Shown here: piece by piece, positions 1 through 8,885 of the stretch | Layout: each line of letters opens with the position of its first letter | Position numbering within the stretch: the stretch's first letter is position 1 | Source: an uncultured delta proteobacterium | GTDB taxonomy: Bacteria; Myxococcota_A; Polyangia; Polyangiales; Polyangiaceae | Direction: 5' to 3' | NCBI GenBank assembly: GCA_963696385.1 | Contig: CAVOKF010000001.1 | Span: 4,114-68,113 of the forward strand | Length of the DNA: 64,000 nucleotides | The notes under the pieces: model-generated | Database searches by the model: none | Told to the model about the DNA's origin: nothing | Seen by the model: only the letters and a program-made list of their open reading frames with translations | Made by a program: the position numbers and the translations under genes

Positions 1-541
1 CCTGCGGACCGCCGCCCGCGTCGGCGCCGACGATGATGTCGGCATAGCCGTTGCCAAGGAGATCGCCGGCCTCCACGTACACGCCGCCGGAGAAGCTCGG
101 CGCAAAGGCGTCGAAACTGCGAATGAGCGGGAAGGTCTGGCCGTCGTAGACTTCGACCTGCGGACCGCCGCCGGGCCCGGCCCCGACGATGATATCGGTG
201 AAGCCGTCGCCGTTCACGTCGCCCGTGGCCACTCGCACTCCGCCGGTGAAGTTCGGGGTGAAGGGATTGAGCACGGCCTCCAGGACTCCGGTCTGGGCGT
301 TGTAGACGTTGACCTGGGCGCACGTTCCCGGCCCCGTCCTGACCGCGAAGAGGGGGGAAGCCACGGGGGCCGGTGGGTCGATGGTGTTGCTATCCAGCGT
401 CACGGCCCCATTCCCGCCAGGGCCCTGCCGCACGAAATGGTTGCCGCGGTATCCAGGGTAATGCTCGTCGACGACGAGGATATTTCCAGCGAACGTGGTG
501 GTCGTGCCCAGAGTCGCGGAACTTCCGACCTGCCAGTACAC
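1..541 (-). CDS. FG-GAP/VCBS repeat protein fragment; the C-terminus runs off the window start and the N-terminus is unclear
   Basis: Not in the ORF track because it has no ATG. My reverse-strand translation reads ..GGVRVATGDVNGDGFTDIIVGAGPGGGPQVEVYDG..GGVYVEAGDLLGNGYADIIVGADAGGGPQ, which is two canonical FG-GAP repeats. The frame opens just after a TGA at 545-547, the only start is a GTG at 541, and there is no signal peptide. Confidence 0.6.
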   Translation of the reverse strand, partial: MYWQVGSSATLGTTTTFAGNILVVDEHYPGYRGNHFVRQGPGGNGAVTLDSNTIDPPAPVASPLFAVRTGPGTCAQVNVYNAQTGVLEAVLNPFTPNFTGGVRVATGDVNGDGFTDIIVGAGPGGGPQVEVYDGQTFPLIRSFDAFAPSFSGGVYVEAGDLLGNGYADIIVGADAGGGPQ

Positions 542-834
542 TGCTCATGCCACATGGCGGCGGAAATCAGGTGGAGTGCCGCAAGCCATTATTGTCTCAG
601 GTCTTACACATTTCCCGCCCCTGGTCCCTGCCCGGAGGCCAGCCTGCCCCCCACGAAGAGTGGCTAACGGTGCCGGGTGGAACCGCACACCGGATGTCTC
701 CTGTCGGATGGCTCACGGGGAAAAAGAGGTGTCTGGGCAGTCCGCGAGCTGGCCAATGGGTCGGCGGTCTGGCCCAGTACATGGCCAGCTTCAGCCGTAG
801 AATGACAGAAGGACAACCGGAAGGGAGCCACGTC

Positions 835-1978
835 ATGAAATGGTCCTGGAAGCTCGGTCGGCTGGCCGGCATCGACGTGTACGTTCATGCCACCTTCCTC
901 CTCCTGATCGGCTGGGTACTGTTCGCCGCGTTCGCCCATCACGGGAACCTCGGTGAAGCCCTGGGCGAGGTGGCGTTCGTCCTGTTGCTGTTCGGCATCA
1001 TCGTCTTGCATGAGTTGGGCCACGCCCTGGCCGCACGACGTTACGGCATCCAGACACGCGACATCACGCTCTTGCCAATCGGCGGCCTGGCTCGGCTCGA
1101 GCGCATGCCGACGGACCCACGGCAAGAACTCGTCGTCGCCCTGGCAGGGCCGGCCGTCAATGTTGTGCTCGCTGTCGGGCTCTTCCTTGTCCTGGCCGCC
1201 ATATCGGATGTGCAAGAGTTGCACGGCGATGAACTGCTCAGTGGCGATTTCCTGAATCGGCTGATGTGGGTGAACGTCGTTCTGGTCGCGTTCAACATGC
1301 TGCCAGCCTTCCCGATGGATGGGGGCCGGGTGTTGCGCGCCTTGCTGGCCATGCGCATGGACTACGTGCAGGCGACCCAGATCGCCGCCGGCATTGGTCA
1401 GGCGATGGCATTCCTTTTCGGCCTCCTGGGGCTCATCGGCCATAACCCGTTTCTGGTCTTCATTGCTCTGTTCGTGTGGCTCGGCGCGGCCCAGGAAGGG
1501 AGCATGGTCGAGCAGCGGTCGGCCCTCGCCGGGGTGAAGGTGAGCGCCGCCATGATTACCCATTTCGAGACGTTGGCGCCGGACGATTCGCTGGCGCGGG
1601 CCGTGGAGCACGTCCTTGCGGGTTTCCAGCACGATTTCCCTGTGGTAAGAGAGGGGCAGGTCATCGGCATGCTGCCGCGCCAGGTCTCTGATCGCCGCCC
1701 TGTCCGAAAAGGGGCCGACGACGCCTGTGAGCGCGGTCATGCAGCAGCAGTTCGTGACGACCACTCCCGATGAGCCGGTGGAGGAGTTGCTGAGGCGGTT
1801 GGCGGACGAACGCTCGCCGACGGTGCCAGTGGTGTCCGACGGCCGGCTCCATGGGCTGGTGACGCTCGAAAACATCGGGGAGTTGCTGTTGTTCCAGTCG
1901 GCGCTGCGAACGCGAAACGCGGCGGAGAATGCGTGGCGCGCTGATGCTGCGCGGAGCCAGGATTCGCCTCCGGTCTGA
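835..1978 (+). pseudogene. Peptidase M50 (site-2 protease family) with two CBS domains, split by one frameshift near 1676-1690
   Basis: Starting at the ATG at 835 (GGAAGGGA upstream) the protein reads MKWSWKLGRLAGIDVYVH..HELGHAL..LPAFPMDGGRVL, which are M50 motifs. CBS1 is in the 373..1773 frame. CBS2 (SAVMQQQFVTTTPDEP..PVVSDGRLHGLVTLENI) is in the 1727..1978 frame. The second frame read upstream gives RSLIAALSEKGPTTPV, which continues the first. Confidence 0.7.
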
Positions 1979-2003
1979 CGGTCTCGACAGGCCAGTGAAA
2001 TCA

Positions 2004-2126
2004 ACTAAGAGCTAGCGGACAAAACCTTGGGAACACACCAGAACACCAGCCCGAAGCGCAAGCGAGGGAAGCAGTTACCCATCGCTTGCGCTCCGGGCTG
2101 GTGAGTTTTGTCCGGTAGCTCTAAGG
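2004..2126. other. Long two-tier imperfect hairpin in a convergent intergenic region
   Basis: The outer stem pairs 2008-2025 with 2105-2122 (17/18). The inner stem pairs 2044-2065 with 2082-2103 (21/22). The loop is 2066-2081 (16 nt) and there is an 18-nt 5' bulge. Confidence 0.6.
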
Positions 2127-2330
2127 CCCGGACGTCAGGCGGAAAGGCCTCGCGGGTGGCCCTCATCGCCGTGGCCCGGAAAATCCCCGTGCTCGCCAAC
2201 GCCCTGGTTCGAGACGGGTGCCGTACAAGGAGGCGGCAAACTGCGTCTGCCAAAAACCCTTGAAAGAGAACAGAGTCACTCCCGGCTCGCCAACAACTGC
2301 CAGGAGCCGGAGCCGCCCATTTACGCCGCT

Positions 2331-3494
2331 CGCTTCCGTGCCGCGGCTTCGGTGAAGACGTGCAGCAACTGCCGATAGTGCTCCTCGAAAGTCCACTGCG
2401 CCGCCGTCCGCCGCGCTGCCTGAGCGCAGGCCGTGCGCGGCGGCCGGATCGGCAGTCTGGTCCATGCACCACGCCAGGTGCTGATGATCGTGCGGATCGA
2501 CGATCACCAGACCAGCCGGCGGTGTTCCCATGCAGTTCGCTGGCGCCGTTGCAGCGGCTGGTGATGACCGGCAGACCGCACGCCAGCGCCTCTAGCACCA
2601 CCAGCGAGCACGGATCGTAAAAGGTCGGATGCACCAGGAAGTCGGCCGCGAAGTAGCACGTGCTGCACGTCGCGCTGCGGGCCGAGGAAATGCACCGTCT
2701 CCGCGATGCCCAGCCGCCGGGCCAGCGTTCGTAGGGCGCCGTCCGCGGGTTGCCCGGCCACCAGCAGATGGAAACGCTCGCGGTCGGCCATGCGGCCGCC
2801 ACGGAATTCAGCAGGGGCGCCAGTCCCTTGAGGCGATAGTTCATGGCCACGAACAGGGCGACCGTTTCCTCCGGGCCGATGTCCCGCTGCTGGCGCCATT
2901 CCAGACGCTGACGCAGACGGTCCGGCTCGGCGAAGCGGGCCGGGTCGATCGAACTGGGAATGACGCGCAGATCCTCGCGGCTGAAGTCGTAATAGTGCTG
3001 GAAGTGGTGCCGCACCATCTGGCTGTTGACCACCACCAGCGGCCGCCGACTGCCCAGGTATTGCCGCCGTTCCAGCAGTGAAAACGACCAGTGGGCCAGG
3101 TCCAGTGCCTTGACCGTCCGCGCCAGCAGCGCATCCAGCGACGGCGATACTTCAGCAGGTTGTGCTCCGCCGACGCCGCATGCAGGCCACCCTGCGGATA
3201 GAGCACGTCCTGGCCCCAGGTCTTGTCGAAGCCCACCGAAACATCGTGGTCGGCCTCATGCAGGGCCGCGCAGACAGGCGGCACCGAAGCGCCACGGCCG
3301 CAGAAATCGCGGCCCGCGCGGCACCGTCAGCGCATGATAGTGCAGGCCGCGGGCAGGGCGTCGGCGTCCCAGCGGCAGGCGTACAGATGCACCTCGTGCT
3401 CGTCGGCGACGAGGCGGCGCGCCAGATCGGCGATATAGGTTTCACAGCCGCCGCGGGCCGGTAACACGCTCTCGTAACAGAACGCGATGTTCAT
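2331..3494 (-). pseudogene. GT4-family (WaaG/RfaG-like) glycosyltransferase broken by at least 5 frameshifts
   Basis: Consecutive GT-B segments sit in different frames. They are MNIAFCYESVLPARGGCETYIADLARRLVADEHEVHLY (from 3494), HEADHDVSVGFDKTWGQDVLYPQGG, VVNSQMVRHHFQ..FVAMNYRLKGL, RFHLLVAGQP..ETVHFLGPQRDV, FLVHPTFYDPCSLVVLEALACGLPVITSRCNGASEL, GTPPAGLVIVDPHD, and the C-terminal WTFEEHYRQLLHVFTEAAARKRAA with its stop at 2331. Confidence 0.7.
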
Positions 3495-3509
3495 GAGGGA
3501 TTCTCGTAC

Positions 3510-4324
3510 CTAGCGCGGGGAGAGGCGCCGCCGGTCGCACGGTGGACGCGACGGCATGCGCGGCCGCCCGGGTCGTCGTTTCGCGTTGTGCCGCTGGTAC
3601 AACCGCCATTTGAACGTGATGCACCAGCGAAGGAGTTGGCCCAGCCACGTTCGCCGCCGAGGTCCGAGGTAGGCACGCCAGAAGCGCAGCCGGTCACGGG
3701 CCTCGACGCCGACGACATGGGAGGAATACAGCAACTGGGCCACGTCCTTCGCCTGCCACAGCGGCCAGGTCCAGGGATGATGGCCCAGGCGATGCAGGTC
3801 GATCAGGTGGATTCGGCCGCGCCAGTCGGCGGAGCGTGCGCGGTGTCCTCGCCGGCAATGTAGAAGTGGCAGAGGTACAGATCCTTGTGGAACCAGTGCC
3901 GGCCGTGCAGGTCGCGGACCAGGCGGGCCATTTCAGCGATCAGCGTGCGTTTCCAGCAGCGAAAGTGGCAGGATCGAGGGCTTCGGCAGCGGCGGGGATG
4001 GCCTCGTGCAGCGGCAGCATGCCGGCCAGTTCCTCGACGGCCAGGAAGCTCTGCAAACGGCCCCACGGTCCGATGTACTCGGCGGCAGCCGCCGCCGTCC
4101 GGCACCGGCAGGCCCAGCGTCGCGCCCGTTCCAGATGGTGCCATTCCTGCAAGGCCGGCGACCAGCCGCGGCCCGGCCAGAGCGTCGCCAGCCAGCCGCT
4201 GCCACCACGGCAGGCGATAATGGCGCTTCAGATAGACCCCAGACGCCGGCCCTCCTTCCACGATCCAGCGGCCCGTGGAGCGGCCCTGCTTGGCGTGGAA
4301 GCGATCGGTGACGGCCACGTCCAT
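3510..4324 (-). pseudogene. Lipopolysaccharide kinase (Kdo/WaaP family), multiply frameshifted
   Basis: Segments lie in alternating frames: GVYLKRHYRLPWWQRL, SPALQEWHHLERARR, AAEYIGPWGRLQSFLAVEELAGMLPLHEAI, KRTLIAEMARLVRDLHGRHWFHKDLYLCHFYI and AQLLYSSHVVGVEARDRLRFWRAYLG. Confidence 0.65.
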
Positions 4325-4399
4325 GATGGTGTCCGGGCCAGTCGGTCCCGGCGAAGTTGCCCCAGTCCGGCCGTTCACGCAGCCGGCGGGTGCCGCGCG

Positions 4400-5250
4400 T
4401 CAGGCGCTGCCAGAACGATGCTCATCCGGCGTTCCTCCCGATGTGCCGGGGCGGGAAAAACCACTGGACGAGGCGAGCGAGGAACGGGGCCGGCGGCCGC
4501 AGGAACCACCGCCGGCCAGGACCGCGTGGCGGCGGGAGCCTGGCTCACCGAAATACGCGAGCAGAAAGCGCAGCACGTCGCGCGGCTGAAGACCGCCGCG
4601 GCAGCGACGCAGCAGGTGGGCCAGGTCCGCGAACGTCCGCCGCTGGCTCGGCCGCCGCCGCGGTTGAGGTCGTCCACGCTGCCCAGCACCACGCCGGGCG
4701 CCTGGTTCGCGGACGCTCCTGCACTTGCAGGGCCGCATCCGCGAGGTGGTAGCAGCGTGCCTCGTGCATGCGCCGGACCACGCGGGCCGCCTCACGGATC
4801 AGTCGGCCGCGCTGCTTGCGCTGGGCCGACCACAGCGGTTGTTCGGTGCCGGAACTCAGCCAGTCCGCGAAGCCGAACGTGTTCGGCGGCGTTTCGGTCA
4901 GCAGGAACGACTCCGTTCGCCGCGGCGGAAAATGCTTCTGGCCAAAGGCGAGCAGGCGCGGCGTCGCCGACGCCGTAGCGCTGGAGGCGGAACAGCAGAC
5001 CGGCCTGATGCAACTCGCGCGACATCAGATGTTTTCCGCGCAGCCAGTTCCAGAACCAGCGCAGCGGCCAGCGGCGCGGCGGCCGCACCAGGGTCGCCTG
5101 AAAGGGGCCGGACAGCGTCGCCAGCGCCGGTGCCGAGCGACTGCCGGTGTTCGGCAGTGTGGTGCTCGCCGTATTCCCGGCTTGCCGGCTGAGTGCGGCG
5201 TGCAACTCCGGCGTTACGCACAGCGCTTCGCCGTCGAGCCAGATGAGGCG
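4400..5250 (-). pseudogene. Second lipopolysaccharide kinase family gene, frameshifted
   Basis: Segments lie in three frames: RWPLRWFWNWLRGKHLMSRELHQAGLLFRLQRYGV, RVVRRMHEARCYHLAD, VVLGSVDDLNR and DLAHLLRR..RDVLRFLLAYFGEPG. The 5' boundary is approximate. Confidence 0.5.
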
Positions 5251-5254
5251 CTGA

Positions 5255-5496
5255 ACGCCGTCGGTCGGACGGAGCTGGCGTTGCTCACCGATGTGGCGAT
5301 GGCGGAGCAACTTTTCCGCCCGTCGCTCCACCTGGCTGACAACAGTGCGCCGGAAACAGCGGAGAACGCGGCCCGGCACGGTGGTGCAGGTACGCCCGCA
5401 GACAGGCGAGGCGCTCGGCGAGGCGCGGCGATCGAGGGCCCGCCGCTTGCGCCGTTCGAGCGCCACGAGCATTCCCGTATCGAACGTGAACGTCAC
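5255..5496 (-). pseudogene. PIN-domain (VapC-like) toxin remnant
   Basis: A GTG at 5496 overlaps the upstream stop as GTGA. The N-terminus VTFTFDTGMLVALERRKRRA is VapC-like. The rest is degenerate and runs without a stop into the kinase frame. Confidence 0.35.
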
Positions 5497-5774
5497 GCCG
5501 CGCGCCGTCGCTTCTTCTTCGCCGGTGCCTCGCCGCGCCATTCGGCTTCGATCCGCCCGATCGCCTTGTCGGTCAACGGCGGCGCACCGCATTGTTCGAA
5601 GAACGATTCCGCGGCAGCGAAATTCGTCTCGCGGGTGGCGATTTCCGCAAGCAGCGCCGACACATTGCCCTTGTGGCGTCGCGCGGCGAGCGCCTTCAGG
5701 TTCTTGAGCGTCGCCTCATCGAGAGAGAAGCTGGTCGTCTTGGTTCGGCCGGCGCGCATGATCGCACGTAGCAT
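5493..5774 (-). CDS. Ribbon-helix-helix (CopG/Arc-like) antitoxin candidate
   Basis: A 93-aa ORF reading ..TKTTSFSLDEATLKNLKALAARRHKGNVSALLAEIA.. . It sits immediately upstream of the PIN remnant and overlaps it. Confidence 0.55.
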   Translation of the reverse strand: MLRAIMRAGRTKTTSFSLDEATLKNLKALAARRHKGNVSALLAEIATRETNFAAAESFFEQCGAPPLTDKAIGRIEAEWRGEAPAKKKRRRAA

Positions 5775-6000
5775 ACCCCGGCCGCCGTCGCCGGTTCGTC
5801 ATGCGAGGCGAACGTTCGGGCGCGCAACCGCCCTCACACCGGTTCACGAAATCCTAAGCGTCGACGCGCTGCCCAAGTCCAGCGGACGGGTCGCAGTCGG
5901 TCCTGCGACGGACGGAGACGAGGGCGGGGGAGGCCGACTGCGGCGTCTCCCCGTGGGGATCACCCAACCTTGGACCTGGCGGTCTGTGCGCCCTGCACCG

Positions 6001-7094
6001 TCACTGAGCAGCCCATTGCAGATACGCCACGGCGACGTCGAACGCCGGAGTGGTACCCGCACTAATCGTATCCTGAAAGTGAATGTTGTAGATATGCGCA
6101 GGATCGAAGGTCAAGACGCCTTCGCCCGACCAGTCTTGGACGGCGAGATCGGAAAACTTGACGTAGATCTGCTTCCAGCAGGTGTCGAACTCGACTTCGT
6201 ACCGGAAGCTGTCCGAGCAGGGGCAGTCCTTGGTCCCCGCTTCCGTCGTCGATGCCGAGCAGGTGCCCGAGCTCTTGCAAACGTCACAACGTAGCGGCGA
6301 CGTGGGCGTGGCGCTAACCGGAACCGAATTGCCCCACGGGGCCGTGGATGCGTCGTCGACTTGGACATAAAGCTTGATGCTTTTGCCCGTGAGCGAGATC
6401 GCCCAGAAGGAGAACCCGGCGTATGCGCTCGCATCGAAAGGCTGGGGAATTCCCGTGTTCGTCAGAGTCGGGGTGGTGTTGAAGAGCATCGCGCCGTCCG
6501 GTAGCCCGGCGACGGGCGGGCACGAGTTGAAGGCCACCGCACTGCCGTCGGGCGGGTAGCTCGTGAAATCCATCCCGAAACCGGCCCCCCATTCGGGGAT
6601 GCCGTTGCCGCTGAACTCGCGGTAGCCCGGCGCGACCTCGTCGCCCATGCCCACGCTGGCCGGAAGCGCCGGGACCGCTGGGTTCGTGATTCCAAACGAG
6701 GCAAAGGGAAAGTTTTGTCCCTCCGGCGGAGTCAGCGTTCCGGCATCGTTCGTCAGAATCGGCGGCTCGGAGTTCGGCACGCTTCGCGACGAGTAGGTAT
6801 ACCAAGAGCCGCCCGTTTCGGACTCGTTGTTGGTCATGTCGTCGAGGATGGGGCCCGCCGTGAAACCGGTCGCGGTCGAGCTCACACACGCGACCGCACC
6901 CGCGTCCGAGCTCCCACTCGAGCTTCCGCCCGTGCTCGTGCTCGTGCCGCCCGTTCCCCCGTATTTTGCCCCGTACCCGTTCCAGTCCCTGTGCCGGTTG
7001 GGGTACTGTTGCCGCTGCCAAAACAGGCCCAGGCGGATGCGAGGCTCGTGACGGTGACGAGCGACATACCGAAGCGAAACGTCTTATTCTTCAC
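6001..7094 (-). pseudogene. Secreted lipoprotein with a CBM/CIA30-like beta-sandwich domain, split by a frameshift at a G5 run
   Basis: The signal/lipobox ORF 6882..7094 (MKNKTFRFGMSLVTVTSLASAWAC..GTGTGTGTGQNTG) shifts at CCCCC 6956-6960 into the 6001..6885 frame (GGNGGTSTSTGGSSSGSSDAGAVACVSSTATG..GGSWYTYS..). Confidence 0.6.
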
Positions 7095-7463
7095 GAGCGC
7101 ACCTCAATCCGTTCTCGAGTCAGTCGTAGGTTAGGTGTCGGCGGCTATCCGACGAAGATTGTGCTCGTCGTCGCCGAGCGGCCGCGCATACTATACCGCA
7201 AGCGATGTCGTGTCCTTCACGAACTTCGAGCGTTCTCAAGGCTCCATGCGGCGTCGCCCCCGTAGGGAGCCCCATCGCTCGTGCATCGCGTTGCCGGTCA
7301 AGGCCCGGCAGAGCCGCCGACGAGCGCTTTAGGCCGGAATGCTAAAGCGCAGGCGAGGCGGGACACGGTCAGGCTTCGATTCGAAGCCGCCGGGACCCGC
7401 GAGTTTGGTTCGCTTCCGGCGGCACAGGTGCCGATCACGCCACTGGATCTGGGAGAAAATAGA

Positions 7464-8759
7464 ATGAATTGTCGGAAACTTATCCTACGGACCGTGCTCT
7501 TGGCCTCGGGGTTGGGCAGTGTTGCCTCGGGCTGCAGCAGCGCGAGTCCCGACTCCCCCGGTCACCCTACAAGTACTTCCAGCAACTCCAGCACGAGCGG
7601 TGCCGGTACCGGGTCATCCAGCCGGGCTTCATCGAGTAGCTCGTCGACGGGCGGTTCCAGCCCCGGCTCGTCCGCCAGCTCGTCCACGGCGACCACGGGG
7701 TCGACGGCGGGTCTCGTGGGGCCGTACACGACGAGCGGGAACATGATCCTCGACAAGAACGGCCACGAGCACTTCTTGCGCGGCTTGGTTCGACCTTCGC
7801 TCGAGTTCTCCTGCGTCGGCAACATCCAGCAACTCGACTACACGGTGATGAATCAGTGGGGCGCGAACGTCGTGCGCCTTCCGCTCAACCAGGACTGCTG
7901 GCTCAACGACCCATCCAACCCGAGCTACGACCCGACGTACGAAGGCCGGGTCGACGATCAGGTGCAATGGGCGCAGGGCGCCGGCATGGACATCATCCTC
8001 GATTTGCATGGGTCGGACCAAGGCAGCTACTCGGTCGGCCAGCAGTGCCTGACCGCCAGCAGCAACTGCGCGCAAGACATGGCCGACTCCCACTCGGTCA
8101 CGTTCTGGCAACAGGTCGCGACCAAGTACGCGAACGTCCCGTATGTCCTCTTCGAGCTCTACAATGAGCCGAAAATCGGCAGCTACCAGCCTGTCGAGAG
8201 CGATTGGACCACATGGCTCTCGGGAGGGACTTCGAGCGGATACACGGTCGTTGGAATGCAGACGCTTTACAACACCGTTCGGAACACCGCGAAAGCAAAC
8301 AACCCCGTGATCATCGGCGGTCTCAATTGGGCCTACGACTTGACGGGGGTTCCGACCCACGCTGTCCAGGGGACGAACATCATTTACAATACCCACCCCT
8401 ATCAGGACAAAGGCGACGCCGCGCCCGACGGCTGGAACACTTCCTTCGGTTTCCTTACGGCCACCTACCCGGTCATGGCGACCGAGTTCGGCAACATGAG
8501 CGCGTCGCAAACCCAGTCGTCGCCTCCCGCCGCCACCGATTGCGACAAGACGTTCGATACGAACCTCATCGCGTACATGGGGCTGCAGTCCAATTCCCCC
8601 CCTTCGCACAGGATGTCGTGGACGGCGTGGGCGTTTTATGACGCGCCCAACGAGTGCACATTTCCGTCGCTCATCTACGACTCGAACGACGACCCGAATG
8701 CGCCTGGTCTGGTGGTGCAGACGGCACTGACCAGTTTCAGCACGACAGGAAGTCCGTGA
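7464..8759 (+). CDS. Glycoside hydrolase family 5 (endoglucanase-like) lipoprotein
   Basis: The ATG at 7464 has a GGGAGA RBS. The protein has a lipobox (SVASGC), a Ser-rich linker and a GH5-type LFELYNEP acid/base motif, followed later by VMATEFG. Confidence 0.85.
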   Translation: MNCRKLILRTVLLASGLGSVASGCSSASPDSPGHPTSTSSNSSTSGAGTGSSSRASSSSSSTGGSSPGSSASSSTATTGSTAGLVGPYTTSGNMILDKNGHEHFLRGLVRPSLEFSCVGNIQQLDYTVMNQWGANVVRLPLNQDCWLNDPSNPSYDPTYEGRVDDQVQWAQGAGMDIILDLHGSDQGSYSVGQQCLTASSNCAQDMADSHSVTFWQQVATKYANVPYVLFELYNEPKIGSYQPVESDWTTWLSGGTSSGYTVVGMQTLYNTVRNTAKANNPVIIGGLNWAYDLTGVPTHAVQGTNIIYNTHPYQDKGDAAPDGWNTSFGFLTATYPVMATEFGNMSASQTQSSPPAATDCDKTFDTNLIAYMGLQSNSPPSHRMSWTAWAFYDAPNECTFPSLIYDSNDDPNAPGLVVQTALTSFSTTGSP

Positions 8760-8885
8760 GGGCTCGGCGGGCGGGTGCGCGCGCCGGTGCCACCACGTCG
8801 CAGGCGATGTAGCCGCGATCGACATCGTGGCTCGACGGTTACCGGATCTGTGACTTTGGCGATCGTCTATATCTGAGCGTTCGCG

